64,000 nucleotides of DNA from Klebsormidium nitens (taxonomy: Eukaryota > Plantae > Klebsormidiophyceae), in NCBI GenBank assembly GCA_000708835.1, contig DF237167.1, positions 62,001 through 126,000 on the forward strand, written 5' to 3'. Position 1 is the stretch's first letter; each line of letters begins with the position of its first letter. The notes under the pieces are model-generated. The model was not told the origin of the DNA and did not search any database. It was given only the letters and a program-made list of their open reading frames with translations. Position numbers and translations under genes: made by a program. Positions 48,210-58,746 of this stretch are shown here, piece after piece.

Positions 48210-51200
48210 ATGGCGCCTCGCTCAGCCCTCCTTTGTCTTCTCCTTCTTGCTACTGCCACCACCACCCTCAGCAGACCTGACATCACGCTGACGTCACACA
48301 TCATCTCTCAGAGGAGACTGCTGCAAAATGGGACGACCAGTTCTGCTCCTGGGCCAGCTGCAGCCCCGGCACCTGTTAACTTCGGCAATGGCACTGCTGC
48401 CGTGCCGGTGTCTCCAGCCTCCAGTTTTGTTTACAACCCGAGCGGAACGTACCCCTATGTCCCAGCATTGTTCGTGTTTGGTGAGCTTATCAAGCATTGA
48501 ACCTCCTTACTTTTTTCTTTCTGTTGTTCTTTTCTTACGCTGTGTCTGTGGTCAACTTTGGGTCTTATGGTTAGCATACTCAGCATTGGAGTCACAACTT
48601 CTTCTCTTCCGTTCTCAATCACCTTTTTGCGGCATTGCGCCTCCACCTGAGACTGTCACCCCTCTGCATTCAAAGCTATCACCTTTTCGCGCTATTTTCT
48701 TGCGGTCAATTCAAGACGTGGAGAGACACTTGCCAGGCGTGGGGGCATTGCAAAATCCTGGTGCTGCATTCTCAATCTCAGTGCTGCCTACTCTCATTCC
48801 TGCCTGATTAACCACTACTCATATTTCTAAATTGATGTCTGCATGCATCGAATATTTGGCATTCTAATCTTTCTATCAACTGTGTCAACGAGTGTGCTCG
48901 CCCACCGGCTTTTGTGGTGGCCTTTACAAGAGTGTTGGGCGTCTCTTTGCCTGCTTGCATCTGTAGAGGATTCCCTCCCAAGTAAGGTCTTGAAATGTTG
49001 CTTGGTTGTAGTGGATGACAGATTGGAAGGGGTTAGACATAGACACAAGCACAGAACTAGCAAAGCTCACAGATTGAAGGTTGACAACGACATCTGAAAG
49101 TTCAACATACTGCAAGCAATTGAACGCAGGAGTCCAACTAGGCAGGCCGCAAGGCTTCGAGGTTTCCTTGTCTGCATAGCTTCTCCAACATGCACCACAG
49201 TTATGCACAAACCTCCCGACCAACATTTGTGCCATACTAGAAACTTCTTGCTTCGCTTCACATGATGAAAACACTAGCCTCTGCGGAAACAGCCAAACTC
49301 ACCCTGGTCCAGACTGACCGTTAGATTCTTCAGATCGCCAAGTCCAGCTTGCACTACTTGCAAGACAAATCCAGGCTTTTTGTCTAAAAGCAGTTCTCGT
49401 ACTGACCAGGTTATTCATCTTTCTTGTAGGTGACTCTTTGGTAGACACCGGAAACAAGTGAGGATGATCGCCTTCTTTACCCCTGTTGCTTCGTGTTAGA
49501 CCTCAGTAATTAACCTTCCATAGAGCTAAGTTTTGAGAATTTGAAGCCCTGTAATACTGAACACAATGCATCTTTCAGACAGTCTCACTCCTTTCCAGCC
49601 ACTGTGATTGGAGCTCTTGAGGTTTCAAAGCTGGTAGCTTCACAGAACTGCATTTACTCAACTGCATTCAAACGCTCTATGGTCAAGGAGCCAGAATTTG
49701 AATGGGAACGGAGTGCCGAAATGCCGATCTCTGAGAACAGATAAATCACCTCAGTGCTCTTGCGCGGTAGCCGGCCATTTGAAGAGAGTAGTTGAGGCCC
49801 CTTTCAAGGCAATAAATCTGCAAAGGCGCTTCTGCGGCATGCTGTTCAGCCTGAATCGCCCTCCAAAGCCTTGCTTCTGTCATCAAGCTCATCACGCTTG
49901 AATTATAAGCACTCCCTCTTCGTTACTGAATTTCCTTATCCTTGCAGCGTTCTGTTGGGCTTGCCATCTTACGTCGGCCTAGGGTATCCATACGGAGTTG
50001 GGCCAAGGGGCCGACTGAACGTGACGTAAGTCGTTGAGCTTCCACCTCAGTTTTCTCTCAGGTTTTTCACCAAGTGAATTGGACTTGCAAGACCGCTTAC
50101 CTTGTTTTCAAACAGCTTTTATTGACTCGGTGATTCATAAGACGGTCAAATACTAGAGCTTTTGGCTGAATTGCTAACTGTCGCGCTCGAGTGCGTAAAA
50201 AACGTCTAGTCTGCATCGCACAACGGTTGCAGACTCGATGGCAAAGCCCTTTCAGCCTCAAGAACGGCTTGCCTATGAGGAGAAAGCTTGCTACAATGTT
50301 CTTGCTAGACTCATCCAGGTTTTCAGGGATCCCGTCACCTTCATTTCTGCTTGCCGCGTTCGCTTTTCCAAGGTACGGCACTATAATTGTGTATGACCTG
50401 GCAAGCTTATGGGCCTTTGCTTTACGAGGAACCACTCCGGTTGGGTTAACCCACCTCAAACCCGACTCAAATCTAGCAAGCTAATCTGAGTGAAAAGAAT
50501 CTATGTTCTCTCTGCGCAGCGGACGCCTTTTCAACGGCCCCGTCATTGTTGATTGCCTGGCAGAGTTTATGGGCCTCCCTTTATTTTGGTTGAGTAAAAC
50601 TAAGAAAAACCCGGCTCAAACCTACCCACTTAACCTGGGTGTTAAAGAATCTCTGATTCCTTTGCGCAGCGGACGCTTTTTCAACGGCCCCGTCGTTCCT
50701 GCCTGGCGGACTTTATGGGCCTCCCTTTATTCCGGTTGAGTAGAAATAGACTCTCAACCCGACTCAAACCTACCCAGCTAATACCCTAGGTGTTAAAAGC
50801 CAACGTTGCTTTTGTAGAGCAGACGCTTTTTCAATGGTCCCGCCGCTGTGGATCCTGGCGGTATATGGGCCTCCCTTTTCTCGGGTTGTGTAGAACCAGG
50901 ATTTGAAACACGGCTCAAATCTACCCAGCTAACCTGGGTATGAAGACTCTCTGGCTTTCTTTGGCAGCGGACGCTTTGTCGACTCTCCCGTTGTGATTTC
51001 TGGCTGAGTTTATAAGCCCCCTGTTCACGACTAACTACTACTCCGGTTGACCTAACCTAACCTAACCTACCCTAACCTTAAACTCGTCTCAAACCCCCCC
51101 AGCTAACCCGATTGTTGACCGTTTCTTACTCTCTTTGCGCAGCGGGCGCTTTTCCAATGGTCCCCTCATTGTTGACTATCTGGCGGAGTTTATGGGCCTC

Positions 51201-54200
51201 CCGTTTACGACCCCTATCCTGCTGCCGGGGGGTAATTTCTACTCGGGGGCCAACTTTGCATCCGGTGGGAGTGGCGCGCTAAACTCGACGGGGACTCCTG
51301 GCAGAGTGTTACCGCTCTCTAACCAGGTAAGTTTTTGGGTTTCTCCGGTCGTTAACCAGCATCGTTAGTCTTTTTTGAGGATTTGGTCCCGTTCAGCGCA
51401 AACCGTTCGTAAGTCTTTGTTCGGGGCCCAACTTTGCATTCGGTGGGAGTGGCGCGAAACTTGACGGGGACTCCTGGCAGAGTGTTACCGCTCTTTAACC
51501 AGGTAAGTTTCAGCGCTTTTCCGTCGTTAACCCAGTGTCGTTAGCGACTCATAAAGTGCGTGATATCAGAATGGCGGAACTCTCATTGAGTTTTCTGGAG
51601 TAAACTCTGTGTCTGAAGGGAGTGGCGCCCTCACTTTGACAGGGACAGCTGGCAGAGTGTTACCGCTCTCTAACCAGGTAACTTTCGAGGCTTTTCCGTC
51701 CTTAACCCAGCGTTGTTCGCTCATGAAGTGCGTGATACTATTATGGCGGAACTCTCGAGTCGAGTTTTCTGGAGCAATCTCGTTGTCTGAAGGGAGTGGC
51801 GCGCTGAACTCGACGGGGACTCTTGGCAGACTGTTGCCGCTCTCTAACCAGGTAACTTTCGAGGCTTTTCCGTCCTTAACCCAGCGTTGTAAGCGACTGA
51901 TAAAGTGCTCGATACCAATTTGGCGAGAACCGTTAGTCGAGTTTTCTGGTGTTAACTTTGCGTCTGGTGGGAATGGCGCGCTCAACTCGACGGGGAATCC
52001 TGGCAGAGAGTTACCGCTCTTTGATCGGGTAGTTTTGGGCCTTTGCCGTCCTCTTACCCAGCATCGGAGGTGCCCTGAAGCGGGTTTGGTCCCATTCAAC
52101 GGACCCCATTCTTTAGTCTTTCTTCGGGGGCCAACTTTGCGTCCGGTGGGAGTGACGCGCTTATCTCGACAGGACCTCCTGCCGAATTGCAATTTTGTGA
52201 CGAAAGGACAGGAGACATTATTTCGGTGTTGCTTGCCCCGTTTTGGGGCGACCACGCTCGGCTTTCCACCTTAGTTTAACGGAGAATCCTGAGCTTGACG
52301 ATCCCTCAAACGAGAACTTTTTCCTACATCAAAATCCTTCCACAGAGGAAAGCGATACGCTGAGACCTGATCAGGAGAGTTACAGTGTCCAACTTGTGAT
52401 CGAGAGGAGACGGCACAGCCTGACATATGCGCTCCCCTTATGCAGACCCAGCTCTTCACCCAGCTCGTCCGCGACTCCATAGCTTATTGGCAGAACGCGT
52501 CAAACGCTAACGTCATCACGCCCTTATACCCCCGCCCCGAGACGTTTGGCGCGGCGCTCTATACTTATACCACTGGATCGAACGACCTCCGAGGCTTCAC
52601 TGGGAACGTATCTGACTTCCCCGCTTATGCACAGAGCATCCTGACGTCTATCGGGACTTCAATCACGGTAAGCATCCATCGCTTATGACAAAGCAGCATC
52701 CATCTGAGTTTTTTCGTCTGAGCGACAGTAGAATTGCAGCAGCAAAGCGTCAGCAAAAGCGTCAGCAAAACGTCAGCAAAACGTTATCAAAAGCGTCAGC
52801 AAAAGCGTCAGCAAAAGCGTCAGCAAAAGCGTCAGCAAAAGCGTCAGCGAAGGTATCAGCTCGCTTTGTTGACCAAGGAATCACAGCCAGCCGCGACAGT
52901 CTCTGAATCGTTGTCTTGCTTTTCCTAATCTGGCTTTTTTTCACGCTCCAGACTCGTAATGACCCAATCAAGGATGAGCAAACGGAATTTCTGTTCAGGG
53001 CTCGTAGTTCCAAAATAAAGACGGAAGGACCATTCTTTGAAAAAATCATTTTGAATCGGATGGCTTAGTTTCTTTGAAGCCGATTAGGCGCCTCAGTTTT
53101 TTACACGCCTCTGAACTGTTCGATGGGAAATCGAATGAGCTTGATAAGGCCTTGCCGACTAGTCACGTTCTGCTTCGTTATGGCGCCTCCACCGCACTCG
53201 CCAATCAAAAGAAAACCATGTCTGCCAAGACTTGGACGACTCCACAATTACCTGTTAGTTATCTGTTTCCGACTCTTATCAACGGCCGTAACTCTCTGTG
53301 AAGTCTTTATTCGAGGTCTTGACCAACGGCGCATAATCTTCGTTGCTCGGCGAGCCTCTCCCTGTTGCCTGCCGACCGCATACGATATGAACCGCGCATA
53401 TCTCCTGCTTTCGGACGCTCGAATCACGCCTTGATCTTACGTACAAAAGCGCACCACTTTTGCTGAACTTTAATCTTATGGTGCCCATCAGTCGAGCGCG
53501 AAGTCTGCGGTCGACTTTCCTTTCTAGCAGGCCGTCCGTTTTCTGACTAATTCCTCCTGAAGTGTCGTGAAGAGATCGACGTACGCTCTCCATATCTGCA
53601 ACTACCGAGTCCGTCGATCTCAGCAAACACAAAACACTACTGACGTCAATGTTGTGGAGTCTACTGCCTCGATCTGACATACGGCCCGGTTTATCACAGA
53701 CCGCGTACGCTTATGGCGCCCGCAACTTCCTCGAATTCAACGTCCCCGCGACACACGTCCGCTTATGCTTTCTCAATTTCTACGCGGTTCAATAGCAGAA
53801 ATTGAGGGCACTATGGCGCTCTGCTGAAATCAGTTGCTTTTTACGATAATGCCCGACAAAAGCCCCCCTTCATTGCAGACCACGTACGCTTATGGCGCCC
53901 GCAACTTCCACATAGTTCAATCTCAGCAGTTAAGGGATAGAGCAACCAAAAGACACTGGGACGTGAACTTGACAAGGTCGACTACCTCCTTATGCCTGAC
54001 ATATGCCCCGATTTTCCCCAGACCATGTACGCTTATGGCGCCCGTAACTTCCTTGCATTTAATCCCCCCCACGACAGACGTCCGCTAATGGCTTTGCAAA
54101 CCACAAAATTTCAGCAATCCAAGGACTTTGCTTACGTCGATCTTTTGACGTCAATCGCCTCCTTATGCCTTACAAAATCCCCGATTAATGCAGACCACGT

Positions 54201-57061
54201 ACGCTTATGGCGCCCGCAACTTTCTCGTATTCAACGTCCCCCTAGTCGGCTGCGTCCCGGCGGTGCGCAATCTCAGCGCGACAGGCGAGTGCTCGGCGGC
54301 CGTGGTCGCGGCCGCCCAGGGACTAAGCGCGGGTTTGGACACCCTGGTCGGGGCGCTCAGAGCGCAGCTCCCCAACTCGACGTTCGTGGTTTTTGACGCC
54401 TTGAACGCGACGACGGCGGCCATAGCGTATCCCGCCGCGTTTGGTGAGTTTTCCGTCGAATACATGGTTGGGCTTCACTGATGTGATTGTCGGAACCTCG
54501 GATCCCTAGATTCTTGGGTTTTGAGGTTTGGAAGTTCCAGGGTTAAAGCACGGGTTAGGACACCCGGGTCGGGGCGCTATGGGCGCAACTCCCCAACTCG
54601 GCATTCGTGGTCTTTGAGGCGTTGAACGCGACTACGGCGGCCATAGCGTATCCGGCCGCATTCGGTCAGTTTCAAGATTGAAAGCGTTGAAAGCCTGAAC
54701 AATTGGAAGTTAGAGTTTTGAGGTGCTAGTTCTGGCTCTGAGTTTGGGGGACTTGGCTGAAATTGTCAAATTTCCGAGTTCTAGTTCTAGGTTCTTGTGA
54801 TTCTGGATTTTGGGTTTTGGGTTTTGGGTTTTGCGTGGGTTTAAGCGAGGGTTTGGAAACGCTGATCGAGCCGCTAAGGGCGCCGCTCCCCACGTCAACT
54901 TTCCTGGTCATCGACGCCTTAAATGCGACGACGGCGGTCATAGCTTATCCCGCCCACTTCGGTGAGTTTCAAGTTTCCTATTGAAAGCCTGAACATCGAA
55001 GCCCTGGGTTTTTGGATGTCAAATCTGCGGTGCTAGGTTTGGCCCTTACTAGTTTTGGCCCTGACTTCTGAGGGGCTTCGCTGAACTTGTCAGGATTTCG
55101 AACCCCGTTTCCAGGTTCTTGGGTTTCAACATTAAGGTGTAGAATTGAAAGTGGATTTAGGCACCCGGGTCGGGGCGCGGGGCGCTGAGGGTGCAACTCC
55201 CCAATTCGACGTTCGTGGTCTTTGACGCGTCGAACGACTATGGCGGCCATAGCAGATCCCACCGCCTTTGGTGAGCGTTTGGTTGATCTTGTTTGCTAAT
55301 TTCGACTTTTCCATCCCCGAGGGTTGTGTATTTCATTATGGATTTTCGGGTTCGGGGACTCAAAACTGCTAAAAGCTGGGAGCTGGTGCGAGCTCCAGCT
55401 CTTGGGGGCTTCATTGCCACTGTCAAGGTTCCGAACGCTATTCTATCTTATTGAGTTCTAGGGTTTAGGGTTAAGCCCGGGTTTACGCGCGGGTTTGGAC
55501 ACTTGGTCGGTGCGCTTGGCTCCCCAACTCGACGTTTGTGGTCTTCGTCGCGCTGAACGCGACAACGGCGGCCATAGCGTATCCCCGCTGCGTTCGGTGA
55601 GCTTCTGGTTGATGATGGGAGTTGGGAGCTTTCGATTTTTGTGTTTTCAAGGCTGTGATTTGCATTTTGAGTTCCGGAGATCGAGACTCAAGGTTTGCTG
55701 GAAGCTGGGGGCTGGTGCTAGCTCTAACTCTTAGGGGCTTTCTGGAATGGTCAGGGAATCGAAAACTGACTGTCTGGGTTTGTGGAGTTTTAGGGTAGGG
55801 GTTAGAGCGCGGGTCTAAGCGCGGTTCTGGAAGATTCGTATTTTTCGCTTAGGGCGCAGCTTCCCGAATAACCTGTTGTGCCTTTCGATGTGCTAAACGT
55901 GACGATGGCGGCCATAGCGTATCTTCCCGTGTTCGATGAGCTCCCAGCCGGCTTGCTTGTTTGGGAGCGTTGGGTTTGGCGTCCCCGACTTCAAGCTTTT
56001 GGAATCTCAATCCGAGATTTTTGGGATCCAGATTTATAGCGTCATGTGTGCGGTGATCAAAGTTGAATTTCGGAAAATTCAGCGAAGCCAGTCAATCAGA
56101 GCCGGTACTTCAATATTGCAGCACCTAGCTAGGGCCTTGAATTCAAAGATTTGGATTCACCAGGGTTCAGATGAGCGTCTGGAGTCTGAGTTTTCGTGAC
56201 CAAAGGACTGGCGGTTCAACCCACGTTTGTGCTCTTCACAATCTCGGACGTCTATTTTTCGCCAGATCTCCCGTCCTGCTATCATTTGGGCTGCCCGTCA
56301 GATCAGATAAACATCTGATGAAGCAACCTCAGAAACAAAAGTGTCAAAATTTGGTAGAGCGAGTGTTCACTTTGGGTTCGACGAAGGTCGACTTTTGCGT
56401 CGGCGGATCGCGTCGACTTCACTCCATTTCAGAAAAGTTTGAAACTGAATGCAGAACGAAGGTCGCAAAAAGACGTTTAACCCCAGGTACCACCGCCAAC
56501 GTGTCGCGCTGCGTCGTGAGCGGTCCTGCCAGGACTGCAGAATTGAATCCTTAGACGTAATCAGAGACTCTGGCGCTGTTTCTCAACAAGTGACCCTTGA
56601 TTCGCGCGCCGATTCTCAAGCAACAGCCGTTTTGCCGCGAATAAGAGCCAGAGCAAACCAAGGACACTTCCAAGCTGCCAGAAATAGGCGATAGACAGGG
56701 ATGGAGACTGATTTCTCTTTCTACATCGGCCTCAACAAAGCCGAATTGTTCAAAAGCGATCCCCACAGTCTCAGAACCCTAAAGAGAGCTAAAGTGACTT
56801 CCCGTCATGCCAGGTCTTACGAATGCCAACTCGTCGTGCTGCGGCGCGGGCGGTCCCGCCAACACGGCGATCACGTGTGGCGCCCCCGGATCGACCGTTT
56901 GCCCAAATCCCGAACAGTATTTATTCTGGGACACTCTTCATGCGACGACCAGTTTTTATCAGCTGCTTGCGAGAGAGGCGTTCGGAGGCAACACTTTCAT
57001 CCGCCCGAGAAACTTGCTCGACACTTTTGTGCGGCCCAACCTGCTTGGGTGCGACGCTTAG
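48210..57061 (+). CDS. Secreted GDSL esterase/lipase, 426 aa, 7 exons
   Basis: Exons 48210-48480, 49430-49457, 49948-50025, 51143-51326, 52446-52667, 54194-54443, 56814-57061 (1281 nt, phases consistent). Signal peptide. Blocks FVFGDSLVDTGNN, TGRFSNG, GANFASGGSG, GSND, GARNF, and FWDTLH (catalytic D-x-x-H). Confidence 0.93.
50490..51142 (+). repeat. GDSL intron 3: four degenerate copies of acceptor + 5' part of exon 4 (~150-bp period)
   Basis: AG/CGGACGC.TTT.CAA.GG.CCC...TTTATGGGCCTCCC copies with AG ending at 50519, 50669, 50819, 50967; true acceptor ends at 51142. Confidence 0.92.
51327..52200 (+). repeat. GDSL intron 4: five degenerate copies of the 3' part of exon 4 + donor (~175-bp period)
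   Basis: GGGAGTGGCGCG...GGCAGAGTGTTACCGCTCT.TAACCAG/GTAA copies with GT at 51503, 51678, 51852, 52029, plus a donor-less fifth copy; true donor 51327. Confidence 0.93.
52736..52860. repeat. 12-bp minisatellite (GCGTCAGCAAAA)~9-10 in GDSL intron 5
   Basis: Direct reading of the tandem units. Confidence 0.95.
53690..54193 (+). repeat. GDSL intron 5: three degenerate copies of acceptor + 5' part of exon 6
   Basis: CAG/ACC..GTACGCTTATGGCGCCCG.AACTTCC copies with AG ending at 53699, 53878, 54021; true acceptor ends at 54193. Confidence 0.93.
54444..55940 (+). repeat. GDSL intron 6: five degenerate copies of the 3' half of exon 6 + donor
   Basis: ...GACG.CGGCGGCCATAGCGTATCC.GCC..TT.G/GT.AG copies with donors at 54665, 54962, 55271, 55597 and a dead ATGAG at 55936; true donor 54444. 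Confidence 0.92.
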
Positions 57062-58746
57062 GGTCTGATCGATGCGATTTAGACCGTATGGTTTTGACAA
57101 GGAAGATTTAAGAGCGGGATGGGTCTGGATTTCGATTGTAGTGCCGTTTTTGCGACGCGGAGTGCACGCATAGGAATAATCGCAAGTGCATGGTCAAGGT
57201 TGAGGTTATGTATAGTTATGCTAGTGAGAAGGGCTCAGGCCGAAGTGTCAATTAGACAGGATAATTCTCTACAGGAAGTAGATCAAAGCGCGCCGAGCCT
57301 AGCAAGGACAGTGATTAGAGAAAGCCTTGAAGAGCTGGGAATCAGGCGCAGCGCAGACAAAGCTCAGCTACGTATGCACGACGTAGTGACAGCTAATATT
57401 ACTAAAGCTAGGCAACTGAGGCAGGACAGTTTTGTCGACAGAGTTACCGTGGCTCCGCTCGTTTTGGATTTGTTCAATGCGTCTTCGATAGAATGTTGAT
57501 AACATCTGCGGATCCTTGACTCCTTTCGGCGTTCAGTGTACCGTACACCGTCGACCAACATCAAGGTTGCATATGTTCAATTCGATCGGACTCGGATTAT
57601 TGCTTCGATCTTCCAAATTAAGTTCCACTGATGCCCTGTAGCCACTGACCTTGCAATTATGATGGAAGGCCTGATCGGACTGATGGAATCGATTCTTGTC
57701 TGACCGTTTGATTACCTTTGTCGGGGACCGCAGGGCCCTTTGAACAATAGGCTGCCGCCGCAATGCGTTGGTGGCCGTTCATTAGAGTCGTACTTGATCA
57801 CTCGAGACGTATACCGTGGACTGCCATATCGATGTGTTGAAGCCCGCCTACTTTGCAATAACGTCCATCATCAGTTCTGTTTGAAGGTATTGCATGATAT
57901 AGCTTGCGTTCATGAATTAATCTAAAACCGAACGTTTATATGCGAGCTGAGCCTACTGCATGATCTGACCGTACGTGCCATATTATGACATGGGATGCGT
58001 GTACGTTACATCCAATCAGCTAGAGGTACGTTCGGAGCGCACGCGTCCGATCCGATGATCATCATTGGCCGTGTGGATGCATGCATGAGATATTCAACAG
58101 TATGAACGATTGAACCATGCATGAGGTTCAGATCTGTCCATAGCATGCAGAGTGCACGGTGTACGTTATACACTATTCCGTTTCACTTTTAAGGCATGGG
58201 GTTGCAGGCGGAACTTAAAGCCACTCCAGTAAAAACATGATTGTAACTGTCAACTTCGTCAGCGCCAACATGACAGGCCGGTTGATGCATAGCCATGCAC
58301 ATATGTAATGGGTCAATGAGCCCGAGCTGGTGCAATTTGCCAGCGCGCGCTTTCGGAATCCTTTTGATAACCACTTCATAAACGTGAGCGGCTTTGTAAA
58401 TTAACTCCGACATATCTCTTTGACCAAAAAACTTTTTCAGAATTTGTAATCGCTAGCTTGCTTGGGGCAATCCAGAGGTCCAACTTATCGTAAGAGGACT
58501 CCGGTCCAATCTCGACCGACCAAACGAGCAAAATCCTACGCCTCGCGCTATACAATTTCCTTACTAACAAACTCGGCCAACCGCTTGTTATGTCAGCCTG
58601 AGTGTAACGCTCCCCAGCCCATCAGCGACCACCGTTACAACTATACTTTATGACACGACTCTAAATGGGCGTCTACTCCGGGCCTTCATCCTTTCAGCCA
58701 GGGTGTAACGCTCCGGCTCAGCCCGACGCGTGCAAACATTACCGTC

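Noticed and set aside
51048-51080. (CCTAA)n run here, and TTTTGGG/TTTAGGG runs near 54805-54832 and 55455
   Set aside because: Too short and irregular to call interstitial telomeric repeats; they are part of the intronic array spacers.
51566-52274. 221-aa and 229-aa ORFs as independent genes
   Set aside because: Both are products of the intron 4 repeat array and are treated under that finding.
52685-53049. KRQQ, ASAK and ADAF repeat peptides
   Set aside because: Translations of the intronic 12-bp minisatellite.
50490-55940. Regularly spaced repeats superficially like a CRISPR array
   Set aside because: Units are 150-340 bp, degenerate and derived from host exon junctions, in a eukaryotic intron with no cas genes.
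57119-58650. 126-aa ORF and other short ORFs between the GDSL and CHRD 3' ends
   Set aside because: No motif or splice support; probably UTR or intergenic sequence.
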